Source: a virus. From it: a stretch of DNA of 39,153 bases. The DNA is taken from the IMG/VR virus record IMGVR_UViG_3300044542_000221; one strand, written 5' to 3'. Position numbers and translations under genes: made by a program. Of the stretch, positions 25,940 to 33,603 are shown one piece after another. The number at the start of each line of letters is the position of its first letter. Position 1 is the first letter of the stretch. The notes beneath the pieces were generated by a model, which was not told where the DNA came from, searched no databases, and worked only from the letters and a program-made list of their open reading frames with translations.

Positions 25940-26159
25940 CATTAGCTAAGTTAGCATGGTAGAAGCCTTTAGAATCTTTCATGAGTTCATGGCTGAAATC
26001 CATATCTTTAAATTTACCATCTGGAGTTTTGGTATAAATCATAGTGAACCCGTTGTCTAACTCAACCTTGATAACATCATTTCCACTATCCTCATGTCTA
26101 GCCCAACGCTGCTTGATTGAAGCACCGTCAGCATCAAAATTGAATGTGCCTACATTCAT
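25911..26159 (-). CDS. Hypothetical 82-aa protein, reverse-oriented accessory (moron) gene
   Basis: ATG 26159 (MNVGTFNFD) lies 8 nt after GAGGTGA. The track start GTG 26171 sits inside that RBS. It has its own promoter element at 26188-26202. Confidence 0.6.
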   Translation of the reverse strand: MNVGTFNFDADGASIKQRWARHEDSGNDVIKVELDNGFTMIYTKTPDGKFKDMDFSHELMKDSKGFYHANLANAKKDFHDYY

Positions 26160-26187
26160 AATATTTTTCACCTCACTTTCTAGTGAG

Positions 26188-26202
26188 AATTATATACCAA
26201 AA
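26188..26202 (-). promoter_or_regulatory. Minus-strand extended -10 promoter element, copy 1 of an exact 15-bp repeat
   Basis: The minus strand reads TTTTGGTATATAATT (TGgTATATAAT). It is identical to 27124-27138 and lies just upstream of the minus-gene RBS. Confidence 0.55.
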
Positions 26203-26215
26203 GGAGTGAAACAAA

Positions 26216-26398
26216 ATGGAAAGACTTTCAAAAGAAAAAGTTCTACTGAATCTTCAAAAAAATAACCCTTATCGTGTAGGAGTTGAAAAAATTATTCACA
26301 TAACAACAAGGATTGGAGATGGAACAGAAACTAATCCAGTAAGGCTTATCGAACATTACTACGATATGACGGGTCAATTACTATTTGAATCTGAATGA
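26216..26398 (+). CDS. Hypothetical 60-aa protein
   Basis: ATG lies behind AAAAGGAGTGA. The 3' end overlaps the convergent DUF4145 gene by 25 nt. Confidence 0.5.
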   Translation: MERLSKEKVLLNLQKNNPYRVGVEKIIHITTRIGDGTETNPVRLIEHYYDMTGQLLFESE

Positions 26399-27105
26399 TA
26401 AGCTCTTCCGGCTGGGGGATTTGAAATTTGCAATTTTACAAGAACGGAATTAATGAAAATTTCTAAGTAAGTTTTAACTATATTTAGATGGTCTTCTGGA
26501 TTGAAATCGTCAGGTCTGCTCCAATGAGTAAAGTCATTTCCAACTGCTCTAACTACGTCTGATGAGGCAAAAGCTTCATTATCATCACTCAAGAAATGAG
26601 CAATTGCATCATTCAATGAATAACGAGCAATTTTGCTTTTATCTTCACCTGAATACTCTAACGCCCAATCCTTTATTAATACTTCTAGGCTAGCACGATA
26701 TCCCATGCCAGCTAAGTCTATATGACCGTTTTGTTCTGCATCAAAAGCCGAATTGTATATTTCAATAAATCTTGGAGAACATTTTTGAAGTAGACTATCA
26801 AAAACTCTAATTGAATTACTTGGATACTGTGCAAGAAGCTTCCAAGGCTTAGTATTTTCATCATTTTTTGATAAGGCTTCGACTATTATAAAGCTCCAGT
26901 GCTCGCATGCTAAACACATACAGCTTATATATGATACTGGACCGTCTGTGAAGTTTCGATATCCCTCAATAAAAAATTGAGGATTGTTTGAAACACCACA
27001 ACTAGGACAAAATTTAGGTATTTCAATAGATTTGTCTTTCATATAGGTGCCTACAGAAGACGGCAGTTTCTGAACTCTAGTTTTTTTCAACACAGTCACT
27101 CCCAT
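26374..27105 (-). CDS. Zinc-ribbon + DUF4145 (HEPN-like) domain protein, reverse-oriented accessory (moron) gene
   Basis: Two Cys pairs are present, CPSC..CMCLAC. Patterns YPSNSIRVF, GMGYRASLEVLIKDW and VRAVGNDFTHW match the DUF4145 architecture (R..GN...H). The start is uncertain (ATG 27105 or TTG 27090). Confidence 0.8.
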   Translation of the reverse strand: MGVTVLKKTRVQKLPSSVGTYMKDKSIEIPKFCPSCGVSNNPQFFIEGYRNFTDGPVSYISCMCLACEHWSFIIVEALSKNDENTKPWKLLAQYPSNSIRVFDSLLQKCSPRFIEIYNSAFDAEQNGHIDLAGMGYRASLEVLIKDWALEYSGEDKSKIARYSLNDAIAHFLSDDNEAFASSDVVRAVGNDFTHWSRPDDFNPEDHLNIVKTYLEIFINSVLVKLQISNPPAGRAYHSDSNSN

Positions 27106-27123
27106 AAAAAATATTATCACCTA

Positions 27124-27138
27124 AATTATATACCAAAA
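27124..27138 (-). promoter_or_regulatory. Minus-strand extended -10 promoter element, copy 2
   Basis: Exact repeat of aattatataccaaaa. The adjacent leader (aggtgataatatt) also resembles that of copy 1 (aggtgaaaaatatt). Confidence 0.55.
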
Positions 27139-27161
27139 ATTTTATGAAAGGGGATGTAAAT

Positions 27162-27488
27162 ATGCCCACATTAATTAACGAAACAGCAATTGCAGACCTA
27201 ATCAAAGAGCAAGTCAATAAGCTTACTGATCAGCAATTGCTAAGCAAACTTGATGGCATCACTTGGTCAACTGACCAGTTCCGTAAAGCTTGCTGTGGTG
27301 GTAAAGATAGTGGCTGGGTTACAACTTTCGTGCTAGACAAGTTTCTTGATGAAATTGACTACTATCGTGGTGGTTGGCTGATACGTGGTGGTCGTGGAAA
27401 GGCAAATATCATTTTCGCCAAACCTGCTTGTGAGTGGATGGAGGAAAATCGTAACCGAATCGATTGGGAGGCGAAGCTACCAAAATGA
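27162..27488 (+). CDS. DUF771-like protein (possible excisionase-type DNA-binding protein)
   Basis: ATG 27162 lies behind AAAGGGGA. The pattern ITWSTDQFRKACCGGKDSGWV..FVLDKFLDEID..GGW...G.GKANIIFAKPACEWMEEN resembles DUF771 proteins of LAB phages. Confidence 0.6.
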   Translation: MPTLINETAIADLIKEQVNKLTDQQLLSKLDGITWSTDQFRKACCGGKDSGWVTTFVLDKFLDEIDYYRGGWLIRGGRGKANIIFAKPACEWMEENRNRIDWEAKLPK

Positions 27489-27586
27489 CGGGATTTCAAA
27501 TTGCTTTTTTATGCTGGTTGTCATTTATGGCTGGAGTGTTTTTAACGGCTGCTTTAGCAGCAAATGGAAAGGACGATGATGAATGA
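27485..27586 (+). CDS. Small hydrophobic peptide (33 aa)
   Basis: ATGA overlap with the upstream stop. Sequence is MTGFQIAFLCWLSFMAGVFLTAALAANGKDDDE. Confidence 0.4.
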   Translation: MTGFQIAFLCWLSFMAGVFLTAALAANGKDDDE

Positions 27587-27702
27587 AAAAAATAAATGAA
27601 TATTTTGGTGTCGATGGTTGGCAAGCAGTAGGGTTCTACTCAATCTTTATCATCCCTACAGTTTGGATGATTATCTTGGAGGTGGTCTTACGCAGTATTT
27701 AA
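27583..27702 (+). CDS. Small hydrophobic peptide (39 aa)
   Basis: ATGA overlap with the previous peptide and RBS GGAAAGGA. Sequence is MKKINEYFGVDGWQAVGFYSIFIIPTVWMIILEVVLRSI. Confidence 0.4.
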   Translation: MKKINEYFGVDGWQAVGFYSIFIIPTVWMIILEVVLRSI

Positions 27703-27780
27703 CGAGTACGTTACAGGCTGTTACTCTTTTTCTTTTACTCAGTCTGTTGGCAATTCAAATTAAAGATAATCTCAAAAAAT

Positions 27781-27808
27781 AAAAAACGAGCCTACTGGAA
27801 TAGGCTCG
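27781..27808 (-). terminator. Hairpin with its T-run on the minus strand (leftward-facing terminator/insulator)
   Basis: Stem cgagccta/taggctcg with A-runs on both flanks. Only the minus strand gets a proper U-tail. Confidence 0.4.
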
Positions 27809-27826
27809 ATAAAAAAACAAATTTAC

Positions 27827-27991
27827 GTGTTTAGTATAGCACACGGAGACACTTTTATTTGCCTAGCTGACAATTACGAGGAAATGGCTAAAAAGCTTGG
27901 TGTTAGCGTTAGGACGGCTAAATGGCTGGGATATAAATCGGTTCACAGCAGAGGAAATCGAAGAAAACTTGTTTACGAATATGAGGATTAA
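27827..27991 (+). CDS. Possible small HTH-like protein (54 aa, GTG start)
   Basis: VFSIAHGDTFICLADNYEEMAKKLGVSVRTAKWLGYKSVHSRGNRRKLVYEYED resembles small phage proteins of the form (yaiy.gd.fi..gt..elA..lGvs..t). There is no clear RBS. Confidence 0.35.
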   Translation: MFSIAHGDTFICLADNYEEMAKKLGVSVRTAKWLGYKSVHSRGNRRKLVYEYED

Positions 27992-27995
27992 TTAA

Positions 27996-28745
27996 ATGAA
28001 CGACGAACGGTTTGCGGGCCACTTGCTAAACGTAAAAAATGATGAAATTACTTTACGAGTTGATGACATTGAAGGTTTAAAAACTCTTTTTCGTCGCGGA
28101 AAGATTGATTTTGACCTTAAACCGCATTCCATTGAATTAATTTCTCCACTTCAGCAGCGCAAAGCTTATGCAATGATTCGTGATATTGGGGAATACCAGG
28201 GCTTTGAACAACGTTATGAGTTTGAAAATTTAAAACAGCATTTAAAATCACAATTTTGTCATGAGAGCAGTTATCGAAAGTTTAGTTTAAGTAATTGTCA
28301 TAAAGACATAGCAACTGAATTCATCTCCTGGCTAGTTGAATACTGCTTTTACTTTGGCATCCCATTTGAATTTAAAGACTTGGCCAACACGTTTGATACT
28401 GGCCGACAAGTTTACTTATGTTTGGTCCATAAACGTTGTACCTGTTGTGGATCAACCAGGAACATCCAAATCAATCATGAGGATACGGTCGGAATTGGCA
28501 ATGACCGAACTCATCTTGATCACAGAGGACACAGATTAGAAGCTCTGTGCAATCTCCATCATCACGAGTTCCATCAGCTAGGACCAACGAGTTTTGCCGC
28601 TAAGTGGCATTTTCACGGCGTTAAATTGAATGATGATCAACTCGTTAGTTTGAAATTAATGTCTCGAAAGCAGATGCAAGAGTTTGACCTGCAGTACGAG
28701 CAAGAAAGACTTGCAGAAAAGTTGAGGTATGACCATGAAAGGTAA
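27996..28745 (+). CDS. Putative HNHc-type nuclease (HNHc_6-like)
   Basis: The C-terminal pattern is CTCCGSTRNIQINHEDTVGIGNDRTHLDH...LCNLHHHEFHQLG..F..KWH. RBS GAGGA precedes the start. Confidence 0.7.
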   Translation: MNDERFAGHLLNVKNDEITLRVDDIEGLKTLFRRGKIDFDLKPHSIELISPLQQRKAYAMIRDIGEYQGFEQRYEFENLKQHLKSQFCHESSYRKFSLSNCHKDIATEFISWLVEYCFYFGIPFEFKDLANTFDTGRQVYLCLVHKRCTCCGSTRNIQINHEDTVGIGNDRTHLDHRGHRLEALCNLHHHEFHQLGPTSFAAKWHFHGVKLNDDQLVSLKLMSRKQMQEFDLQYEQERLAEKLRYDHER

Positions 28746-28938
28746 AAACAAACAGAAAAAGAAACGACCAATTAGGCTGGTCAGTACTGGTGGCAGATTT
28801 GCCAAAGATTTTACAAGCTTTAAAGCTGCTAGTTGGTGGTTAAAGGAAAGCCCTGAATTTATTTCAGAATTAATTAGTCGGGGCATTGTTCACGCAGGAG
28901 AGTTTGAATTATTGATTGGAGGGATGTTAGATGACTGA
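28735..28938 (+). CDS. Hypothetical basic protein (67 aa)
   Basis: ATG 28735 lies 6 nt after GAGGT; track start 28729 is also possible. It overlaps the neighbouring genes by a few nt. Confidence 0.5.
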   Translation: MKGKNKQKKKRPIRLVSTGGRFAKDFTSFKAASWWLKESPEFISELISRGIVHAGEFELLIGGMLDD

Positions 28939-29791
28939 ACAACCAAATTATTACGCAATCATTCCCTCTGATGTCCGTTATGATCATGACCTAAAGGCAA
29001 ATGAAAAGCTTTTATACGGTGAGATAACAGCCCTTGCTAATACTGCTGGTTGTTGCTGGGCTACCAATAGCTACTTCGCTAAATTATACGGAGTTTCACC
29101 AGTTACAGTTTCAAATTGGATTAGCCATTTAATCAAAAAAGGGTATCTTGTTTCTGAATTTGAGTATAAGCAAAACACAAAAGAAATTGAAAAAAGATTG
29201 TTATATATCCAGCACCCTATTAATAAAAAAATTAAGGGGGGTATTAATCAAAACATTAAGACCCCTATTAATAAAAATGTTAAGAGCCCCCTTAATAAAA
29301 ACATTAAAGAGAATATTACAAGTATTAATAATACAAGTATTAATAATAACAATAACAAAGGGGTCGAAAAACAAACGACTGTCAATGCATTTGAAACACT
29401 TCAAAAAGCAAACATATCTCTGAATGGAATTACTACTCCAATTTTCTTAGACTATGTCGAATCACTTGGAAATGAGGTCGTTGATTATGCAATTAACAAA
29501 ATGTGCAGTTCAGCTACTCGAGCATCATGGGGCTATCTGAAAGTGATGTTGAATGATTATGAAGAACACAATGTCAAAACGCTTGAGCAGATTAAAAAGT
29601 TAGAAGCTGATTTTGAAGCAAAGAAAGAGAAACGAGTCTTCCGTAAGAAAAAGGTTGTTCAGAAAGAAGCACTTCCTGATTGGGCTGCTAATCCACCTGA
29701 ACAATCTGTTCAATCAAAGCCAAATGAATATACAGACGAACAAAGAGCAGAACTAACAGCTAAGTTGGCCAGACTGAGTGAAAAAAGGTAA
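28931..29791 (+). CDS. Replication initiator / replisome organiser: N-terminal winged HTH + C-terminal DnaD (DnaB_2) domain
   Basis: The N-terminus reads YYAIIPSDVRYD..L.ANEKLLYGEITALAN..G.CWATNSYFAKLYGVSPVTVSNWISHL. The C-terminus ASWGYLKVMLNDYEEHNVKTLEQI is DnaD-like. A central repeat linker separates them. Confidence 0.85.
   Translation: MTEQPNYYAIIPSDVRYDHDLKANEKLLYGEITALANTAGCCWATNSYFAKLYGVSPVTVSNWISHLIKKGYLVSEFEYKQNTKEIEKRLLYIQHPINKKIKGGINQNIKTPINKNVKSPLNKNIKENITSINNTSINNNNNKGVEKQTTVNAFETLQKANISLNGITTPIFLDYVESLGNEVVDYAINKMCSSATRASWGYLKVMLNDYEEHNVKTLEQIKKLEADFEAKKEKRVFRKKKVVQKEALPDWAANPPEQSVQSKPNEYTDEQRAELTAKLARLSEKR
29218..29361. repeat. Six tandem 24-bp units (TATTAAT-rich iterons); putative replication origin inside the initiator gene
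   Basis: Units start at 29218, 29242, 29266, 29290, 29314 and 29338, for example tattaataaaaaaattaagggggg and tattaatcaaaacattaagacccc. They encode INKKIKGG/INQNIKTP/INKNVKSP/LNKNIKEN... Confidence 0.6.
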
Positions 29792-29796
29792 GTCGG

Positions 29797-29997
29797 ATGG
29801 CACGAACGAATATTAAGCAGCTGAGAAATAGGCATCGAATCAGTCAAACAGACTTAGGGAAGTTTATCGGTGTTACAGATGGAACTATCAGCAAGTTAGA
29901 AAATGGTCGGAACTATCCAAGCATGGAATTAGCAATCAAATTGGCAGATTTTTTCGACGTTAGCTTGGATGAATTAATCGGGAGGAGCAAATTATGA
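29797..29997 (+). CDS. XRE-family HTH protein (66 aa)
   Basis: ISQTDLGKFIGVTDGTISKLENGRNYPSMELAIKLADFFDVSLDELI is a canonical HTH_3 pattern. Confidence 0.8.
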   Translation: MARTNIKQLRNRHRISQTDLGKFIGVTDGTISKLENGRNYPSMELAIKLADFFDVSLDELIGRSKL

Positions 29998-30239
29998 CCA
30001 AGAATAAACTGAGTGATCTTAATAATCACTTATTTGCAGAGTTAGAACGTTTGGGGGATGAAGATTTAAAGGGCGATTCGTTGAAAGAAGAAATCAATCG
30101 AGCAAAAGCTATTTCAAGTGTAGCAACGAATGTCGTTGAGAATGCTAACTTGGCGTTAAAAGCGGCGATTGCTTACGATGATCGTCAAGGCGGGATGAAG
30201 TTACCAAAGATGATTAGTGTTGATGAGCATGGGGGCTAA
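29994..30239 (+). CDS. Hypothetical protein (81 aa)
   Basis: ATGA overlap with the upstream gene. The protein is helical and charged. Confidence 0.55.
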   Translation: MTKNKLSDLNNHLFAELERLGDEDLKGDSLKEEINRAKAISSVATNVVENANLALKAAIAYDDRQGGMKLPKMISVDEHGG

Positions 30240-30840
30240 CCTTTTTTCGAAAACACAGGAGATTGCCATTAGAGAATTGTCAAAGGGAAGAAGTGCCAGA
30301 GAACTTACAAAAATCGTAAATGCAAAATTCAACAGAAATCTTAAAGTTTCCCAAATGAAAAGTTGGAAAGTTAATCATCAGGCTAACAGCGGAAGAAATG
30401 GTCAATTTAAAAAAGGCATCATTCCCTGGAATAAGTGAAAGAAGACTGGCAACCACGGCCGAATGGCTGAGACTCAGTTCAAATCAGGACCTCACTTAGA
30501 AGACAGAAAGCCACTAGGAACTAAAGTAATGAGGGCTGATGGCTATATCTGGATTAAGATCAACAACGATTTGCCATTCAAAAACCGCTGGAAACAGTTG
30601 CATCGATTAATTTGGGAAGAACACAACGGGTTGATTCCTAAAGAAAAAAAGCTTATGTTTCTCGATGGTGATCCCACACATGTGGTAATTGATAATTTAG
30701 CACTGGTTTCTTCAAGAGAAAATCTCGAGATGAACAGGAATGGGTTAAACTCCAAGGATCCAGAATTAACCAAAACGGGAATTAATATTGCAAAAGTAAA
30801 TATCAAGCTCAGAGAAAGGAGCAAAGGCAAAAATGATTAG
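30217..30840 (+). pseudogene. HNH_3-type homing endonuclease interrupted by an in-frame TGA (30436-30438)
   Basis: ORFs 30217..30438 and 30463..30840 are in the same frame. The joined reading is ...FKKGIIPWNK*KKTGNHG..., where homologues typically have PWNKGKK. The second half has GYIWIK...HRLIWEEHNG.IP....FLDGD..H..IDNLALVS..EN. Confidence 0.6.
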
Positions 30841-30985
30841 ACCTGGAATGACAGTTATTTACCAAGAAAATTGTTACAGAGTTAGAACAATTGTCGATTA
30901 TCAGCCATACCAACTAGCTCAGTTGCCAGTTAGAAATGGCGATATCTGGGTGCCAGTTGAGCAACTAACAAAATTGGAGGGATGA
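30833..30985 (+). CDS. Possible small protein (50 aa)
   Basis: ATG lies behind AAAGGAG. The stop overlaps the next start (ATGA at 30982-30985). Confidence 0.4.
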   Translation: MIRPGMTVIYQENCYRVRTIVDYQPYQLAQLPVRNGDIWVPVEQLTKLEG

Positions 30986-31401
30986 ACATGGAAAAACAAA
31001 TTAACTTTGATTTATCAAACGTGGCCAATGGTGGTTTACAGGAAAAATTGGATAGGGCATTAAATCAGGTGACAGAAAATATCATGGATCCAAATACGGA
31101 CCAAACGAAGAAAAGAAAAATTACAATCAATTTGGTATTTGAACCATCAAAATCAGAGGATGCAGTTGATGTTGATATTCAGACAAAAGTAAGCCTTGTC
31201 CCAGAACAAGGTGTTGGCACAACAATGTTGATTGGTCGCGATGGGAAAGGAAAGACGGTGGTTAATGAGCTTAAATCAGGAACACCAGGACAAACATTTA
31301 TTGATCCTGATGATGGTGAAGTAAAGACAGATACAGGAGTACCAGTTGCGGACATTGAGAAAGAGCAAAAAGTCATTGATCTACAAGCCAAGAAAGGATA
31401 G
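30982..31401 (+). CDS. Hypothetical protein (139 aa)
   Basis: RBS TTGGAGGG. No motif recognised. Confidence 0.65.
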   Translation: MNMEKQINFDLSNVANGGLQEKLDRALNQVTENIMDPNTDQTKKRKITINLVFEPSKSEDAVDVDIQTKVSLVPEQGVGTTMLIGRDGKGKTVVNELKSGTPGQTFIDPDDGEVKTDTGVPVADIEKEQKVIDLQAKKG

Positions 31402-31410
31402 TGAACAGAG

Positions 31411-32142
31411 ATGGAAATGAAAGAATTAAATGATTTAGTTGAATTAGCACGCGAGGCAGAGGGAAAGAAAACATTTGTTGTGGGTGAGCAGACCTGGTTC
31501 GTTGACGGAGATGGAGCAGCACATCGAATAAAAGAGACATGTGTTCCTGAACGGAAAGTTGAACTGCACACACTAACTGGTTTGCTTGATTATATTCAAA
31601 GTGAACAAAGCAAATTGGATAAGCCGAGATTACGAATTGATAGCCCCACAAGAGTTTATTTTGAGGGAGCTTTAGATAAATATGGTCGACGTGCTATTGA
31701 AGCAGTAGCGGAATTTCAAACACCAGGTTTTACGTTTGAAAATTTCTATGAGCAAGAAACGATGAACATTGCACTTCAATCACGCTTTGTTTCAACACCT
31801 GATAGAGAAATCCTATTAAAAGTAATTGGCAACTTACAGGAAAGTGAAGTTAAGCAAGCTAGTGATGATGGTGTATCGCAACAAGTTCAAATCAAATCAG
31901 GTGTTGCAAGTGTAGCCGATGTAAAAGTTCCTAATCCTGTTTCACTTGCTCCATACCGAACATTTTTAGAAGTTGAACAGCCCATTAGCAAATTTATCTT
32001 CAGGATGCGTTCAGGAACGCAATCGGCAATTTTTGAAGCTGATGGCGGTATGTGGAAGATTGAAGCTACTCAAAAAGTTAAAAAGTATCTGGAAGATGAA
32101 TTAAAAAATCGTGATTTGAATGCTATTAAAGTGATTGCGTAA
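31411..32142 (+). CDS. Hypothetical conserved-looking phage protein (243 aa)
   Basis: A long clean ORF in the early operon. No motif that I can name with confidence. Confidence 0.7.
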   Translation: MEMKELNDLVELAREAEGKKTFVVGEQTWFVDGDGAAHRIKETCVPERKVELHTLTGLLDYIQSEQSKLDKPRLRIDSPTRVYFEGALDKYGRRAIEAVAEFQTPGFTFENFYEQETMNIALQSRFVSTPDREILLKVIGNLQESEVKQASDDGVSQQVQIKSGVASVADVKVPNPVSLAPYRTFLEVEQPISKFIFRMRSGTQSAIFEADGGMWKIEATQKVKKYLEDELKNRDLNAIKVIA

Positions 32143-32149
32143 TAATCAC

Positions 32150-32198
32150 AAGCTCACGTCAGAGGATGCATTGCCCGTTCGCTACGGAACGTGGGCTT
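32150..32198 (+). terminator. GC-rich long stem-loop after the early gene block (terminator/attenuator-like)
   Basis: The outer 10-bp stem aagctcacgt/acgtgggctt (one G-U pair) encloses 29 nt with an alternative inner hairpin. It is followed by aaccggttaaatattttt. Confidence 0.4.
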
Positions 32199-32227
32199 AA
32201 CCGGTTAAATATTTTTGAAAGGAGAAC

Positions 32228-32437
32228 ATGATGAGAAAAAAAATCAAATTCACTGATTGTAACGGAGCAGTTTTAAATGAGATGGACTCGGTAGAATATG
32301 AGGGCGAAACGTATGTAATTGAGAGATTTTATAAGAATACGGCGGTCCTAGTTAATTTAAGTGGTAAATCAAGTTGGACTCATCGAGCATTTGACTTTGT
32401 ATCCATTCAAATGATGAAGAAGGTACAGCCTGGTTAA
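32228..32437 (+). CDS. Hypothetical protein (69 aa)
   Basis: RBS GAAAGGAGAA. No motif. Confidence 0.55.
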   Translation: MMRKKIKFTDCNGAVLNEMDSVEYEGETYVIERFYKNTAVLVNLSGKSSWTHRAFDFVSIQMMKKVQPG

Positions 32438-32458
32438 ATTTGAAAGGAGAATTTTAAA

Positions 32459-32644
32459 TTGAAATTTACACCGAAAGAGCTATTAAAAACAAAAGATGAA
32501 AGAGGAGCTGACTTTGTCAAATTGGTTGAAATTGGCGGAGAGGATGTTGCAATGATTTTAAGTGGCTACATAGTGTCATTGGACATCCCTGATGAGTTGA
32601 TCAAGGAGAAGCTAGATGAAAAAGCCCAGACGAAAAATGATTAA
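32459..32644 (+). CDS. Hypothetical protein (61 aa, TTG start)
   Basis: RBS AAAGGAGA lies 8 nt upstream of the TTG. The protein is acidic. Confidence 0.5.
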   Translation: MKFTPKELLKTKDERGADFVKLVEIGGEDVAMILSGYIVSLDIPDELIKEKLDEKAQTKND

Positions 32645-32880
32645 GCTACTGCAAGAGGAAATAGTTCATTATCGTAACAAAGCAGGAGCAATTGATTTTA
32701 GGGATGCAACAACAGATAAAATTGTTATTTAAGCTTAATCAGTGAGAATTATTAAGCAATTAAGCGTATTGATCAGCTAAGAGCAGAAATTAAATGATGG
32801 TGTTAATAAATATGCTTTTATTGATGTTAAAAACCATATTCTATATGCAAGTGTGATAAGGGAGGGGAGACATTAGAGCA

Positions 32881-32913
32881 AATAAAAATTAGCACAATTA
32901 TTAATCATGCTAA
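32881..32913 (-). terminator. Rho-independent terminator of tspO
   Basis: The minus strand reads ttagca-loop-tgctaa followed by tttttatt. It lies 13 nt past the tspO stop. Confidence 0.6.
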
Positions 32914-32925
32914 TTAAAATTGAAA

Positions 32926-33417
32926 TTAATTTAGTATTGCTACGCTTAAAGTGAGATAAGATGCAAAAATAATCCATATTAAGTAAGGAACCATAAGGAT
33001 AGATGCTAAACGACTATTTTTGTAAAAATGAATTATACAGCTTAATACAACGAGGTCTAATACGATAATTATTAAAAAGCCTAACCAATAGGCACTAACT
33101 TTAAAGAAAATAATACTCCAAACAAAGTTTAAAATTAACTGGGTAAGAAAAAGTGAATAGTCAATTAATTTAATATGTTTAGGGTAAACCTGTTGGTATA
33201 TTAAATAGCCAGAGATGCCAATTAGTGCGTAAAGTATAGGCCATACAATTCCAAATAGATAGGTTGGTGGAGATAAGGCGGGAAGACTAAGATGATTGTA
33301 GATGGCTTTAATGTCACCCGCAAAAAATGCTGATAGACTTCCAATAAACTCTATAACCAATATAAAAACAATCAAACGGATCCAACTGAATTTTTCTTTT
33401 TTCGTGTATTCGTACAT
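32926..33417 (-). CDS. tspO: TspO/MBR family (tryptophan-rich sensory protein) membrane protein
   Basis: 163 aa with five hydrophobic helices. The hallmark is IYNHLSLPALSPPTYLFGIVWPILYALIGISGY (Y..L.kP...PP..F..VW..LY). RBS AAGGGGG. The gene is flanked by about 190-bp AT-rich noncoding DNA on each side. Confidence 0.85.
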   Translation of the reverse strand: MYEYTKKEKFSWIRLIVFILVIEFIGSLSAFFAGDIKAIYNHLSLPALSPPTYLFGIVWPILYALIGISGYLIYQQVYPKHIKLIDYSLFLTQLILNFVWSIIFFKVSAYWLGFLIIIVLDLVVLSCIIHFYKNSRLASILMVPYLIWIIFASYLTLSVAILN

Positions 33418-33603
33418 TAAATTGCCCCCTTTGATACAATTTTACCATTAAATTCAATTTTTAGGTTGGTGATAGATAGCAATTAGGATCATATGAAAAA
33501 ATGTTAGGGATCTTAAGGCGAAGAAAGCAAAAATGGTTCTAGATAAAAATTAAAACAATTTGAATTAATTTTATCGTTTCAATAATTATGAGGGGATGAA
33601 TAA

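Noticed and set aside
29148-29423. Plus-strand (29148..29423) and minus-strand (29201..29404) ORFs over the iteron region.
   Set aside because: These frames are open only because of the AT-rich 24-bp repeats. The initiator frame is the only one continuous with recognisable flanking domains.
32171-32198. tRNA T-arm-like sequence (cccgttcgctacgg) in the GC-rich stem-loop after 31411..32142.
   Set aside because: The loop TTCGCTA lacks the conserved A58. No acceptor, D or anticodon arms can be drawn. It is better explained as a terminator/attenuator hairpin. I found no tRNA, rRNA or CRISPR array anywhere in the window.
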